This document shows positions 63,254 through 64,000 of a stretch of 64,000 nt of DNA, one piece after another. Location: NCBI RefSeq assembly GCF_044324875.1, contig NZ_CP172185.1. One strand, 5' to 3'. This DNA is from Escherichia coli. Lineage in GTDB: Bacteria; Pseudomonadota; Gammaproteobacteria; Enterobacterales; Enterobacteriaceae. Made by a program: the position numbers and the translations under genes. Each line of letters starts with the position of its first letter. Position 1 is the stretch's first letter. The notes beneath the pieces are model-generated. The model was given only the letters and a program-made list of their open reading frames with translations, made no database searches and was not told the DNA's origin.

Positions 63254-64000
63254 TCAAAACGAAGCTAATTGACCCTGAATCCAGATTTGTTGCACATGCA
63301 GCCCGCTATCCAGCGCAACGACGCTGGCGCGTTTGCCCGGTTTAAGCGATCCCAGAACATCATCAACACCCAGCATACGCGCCGGATGCAGCGACGCCAT
63401 ATGGATGGCTTCCGCAGGCGTTACGTCCGTCAACTCGACCATATTGCGCACTGCCGCATCAACAGACAGCGTACTGCCCGCCAGTCCACCGGACGCGGTA
63501 CGGACAACGCCACCGTGCATCTGCACTTCTTCGCCACATAACGTATAGCGACCATCCGGCATCCCGGCTGCCTGCATCGCGTCGGTGATCAGCACGATTC
63601 TCTCTTTTGCACAGCAACAACACAGCGACATCGCCGCCGGATGCACATGATGACCATCGGCTATCAGTTCCAGCCAGGCGCGCTTGTCCGTTAATCCCGC
63701 GCCAACCATTCCCGGTTCGCGGTGATGTAAACCTGTCATCCCGTTATAGCAATGCACCAGGCCGTCGGCACCAGCGTCAAACGCGGCACGGGTTTGTTGC
63801 CAGGTCGCCGCGCTATGCCCCAGCATCACCCGTACGTTTTGCTGTTTAAGATGGCGGATGGCCTGCAATGCCCCTTCTTTTTCCGGTGCCAGCGCTACCA
63901 CGCGCAAGGTGTGCTGAGAAACGGCAATCAATTGATCCAGCTCGGCAATTTCCAGCTCGCGAAACAGCTCCGGCGGATGCGCGCCTTTATTCTGCGGCGT
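63254..64000 (-). CDS. agaA: N-acetylgalactosamine-6-phosphate deacetylase (NagA-like), partial: 3' part of the gene, 5' end beyond the window
   Basis: ORF track gives 225 aa from an internal Met at 63931; the frame appears to stay open to the window edge in the short stretch checked. Amidohydrolase-like blocks VMLGHSAATWQQTRAAFDAGADGLVHCYNGM resemble NagA. Confidence 0.85.
   Translation of the reverse strand, partial: TPQNKGAHPPELFRELEIAELDQLIAVSQHTLRVVALAPEKEGALQAIRHLKQQNVRVMLGHSAATWQQTRAAFDAGADGLVHCYNGMTGLHHREPGMVGAGLTDKRAWLELIADGHHVHPAAMSLCCCCAKERIVLITDAMQAAGMPDGRYTLCGEEVQMHGGVVRTASGGLAGSTLSVDAAVRNMVELTDVTPAEAIHMASLHPARMLGVDDVLGSLKPGKRASVVALDSGLHVQQIWIQGQLASF

Noticed and set aside
62995-63345. 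Short ORFs (84 aa minus, 83 aa plus) in the agaS-agaA intergenic region
   Set aside because: They cross an A-rich tract and a REP-like palindrome, and the predicted peptides are low-complexity; more likely non-coding.

Overview
The window is an Escherichia coli chromosomal segment matching the K-12 yrbL–npr–rpoN … pnp–deaD–mtr … rsmI–aga region, read as the reverse complement of the usual K-12 orientation. All calls rest on reading the supplied ORF translations and the DNA by eye against remembered E. coli protein sequences and gene order; no search or computation was run. Almost all of it is core genome: the rpoN/lpt/kds cluster, mlaFEDCB, murA, rplU-rpmA-yhbE-obgE, ftsH-folP-glmM, secG-leuU, argG, the metY-rimP-nusA-infB-rbfA-truB-rpsO-pnp operon, nlpI, deaD, mtr, ubiUVT and the yhb/yra genes, ending in the aga PTS cluster. 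Three things differ from K-12 as I remember it. (1) A roughly 1.4 kb AT-rich insertion lies between mtr and yhbW, where K-12 has only a short intergenic gap. It carries a divergent gene pair: an orphan 176-aa cytoplasmic protein and a YafK/DpaA-like YkuD-fold L,D-transpeptidase paralogue whose 3' end overlaps the 3' end of yhbW. This is the best candidate for an undescribed accessory module. (2) The yraHIJK fimbrial operon is absent, so rsmI sits about 50 bp from agaI, and agaA appears longer than the K-12 fragment. (3) metY carries G rather than A at tRNA position 46. Together these indicate a non-K-12 strain. No CRISPR array, transposase or integrase was seen.
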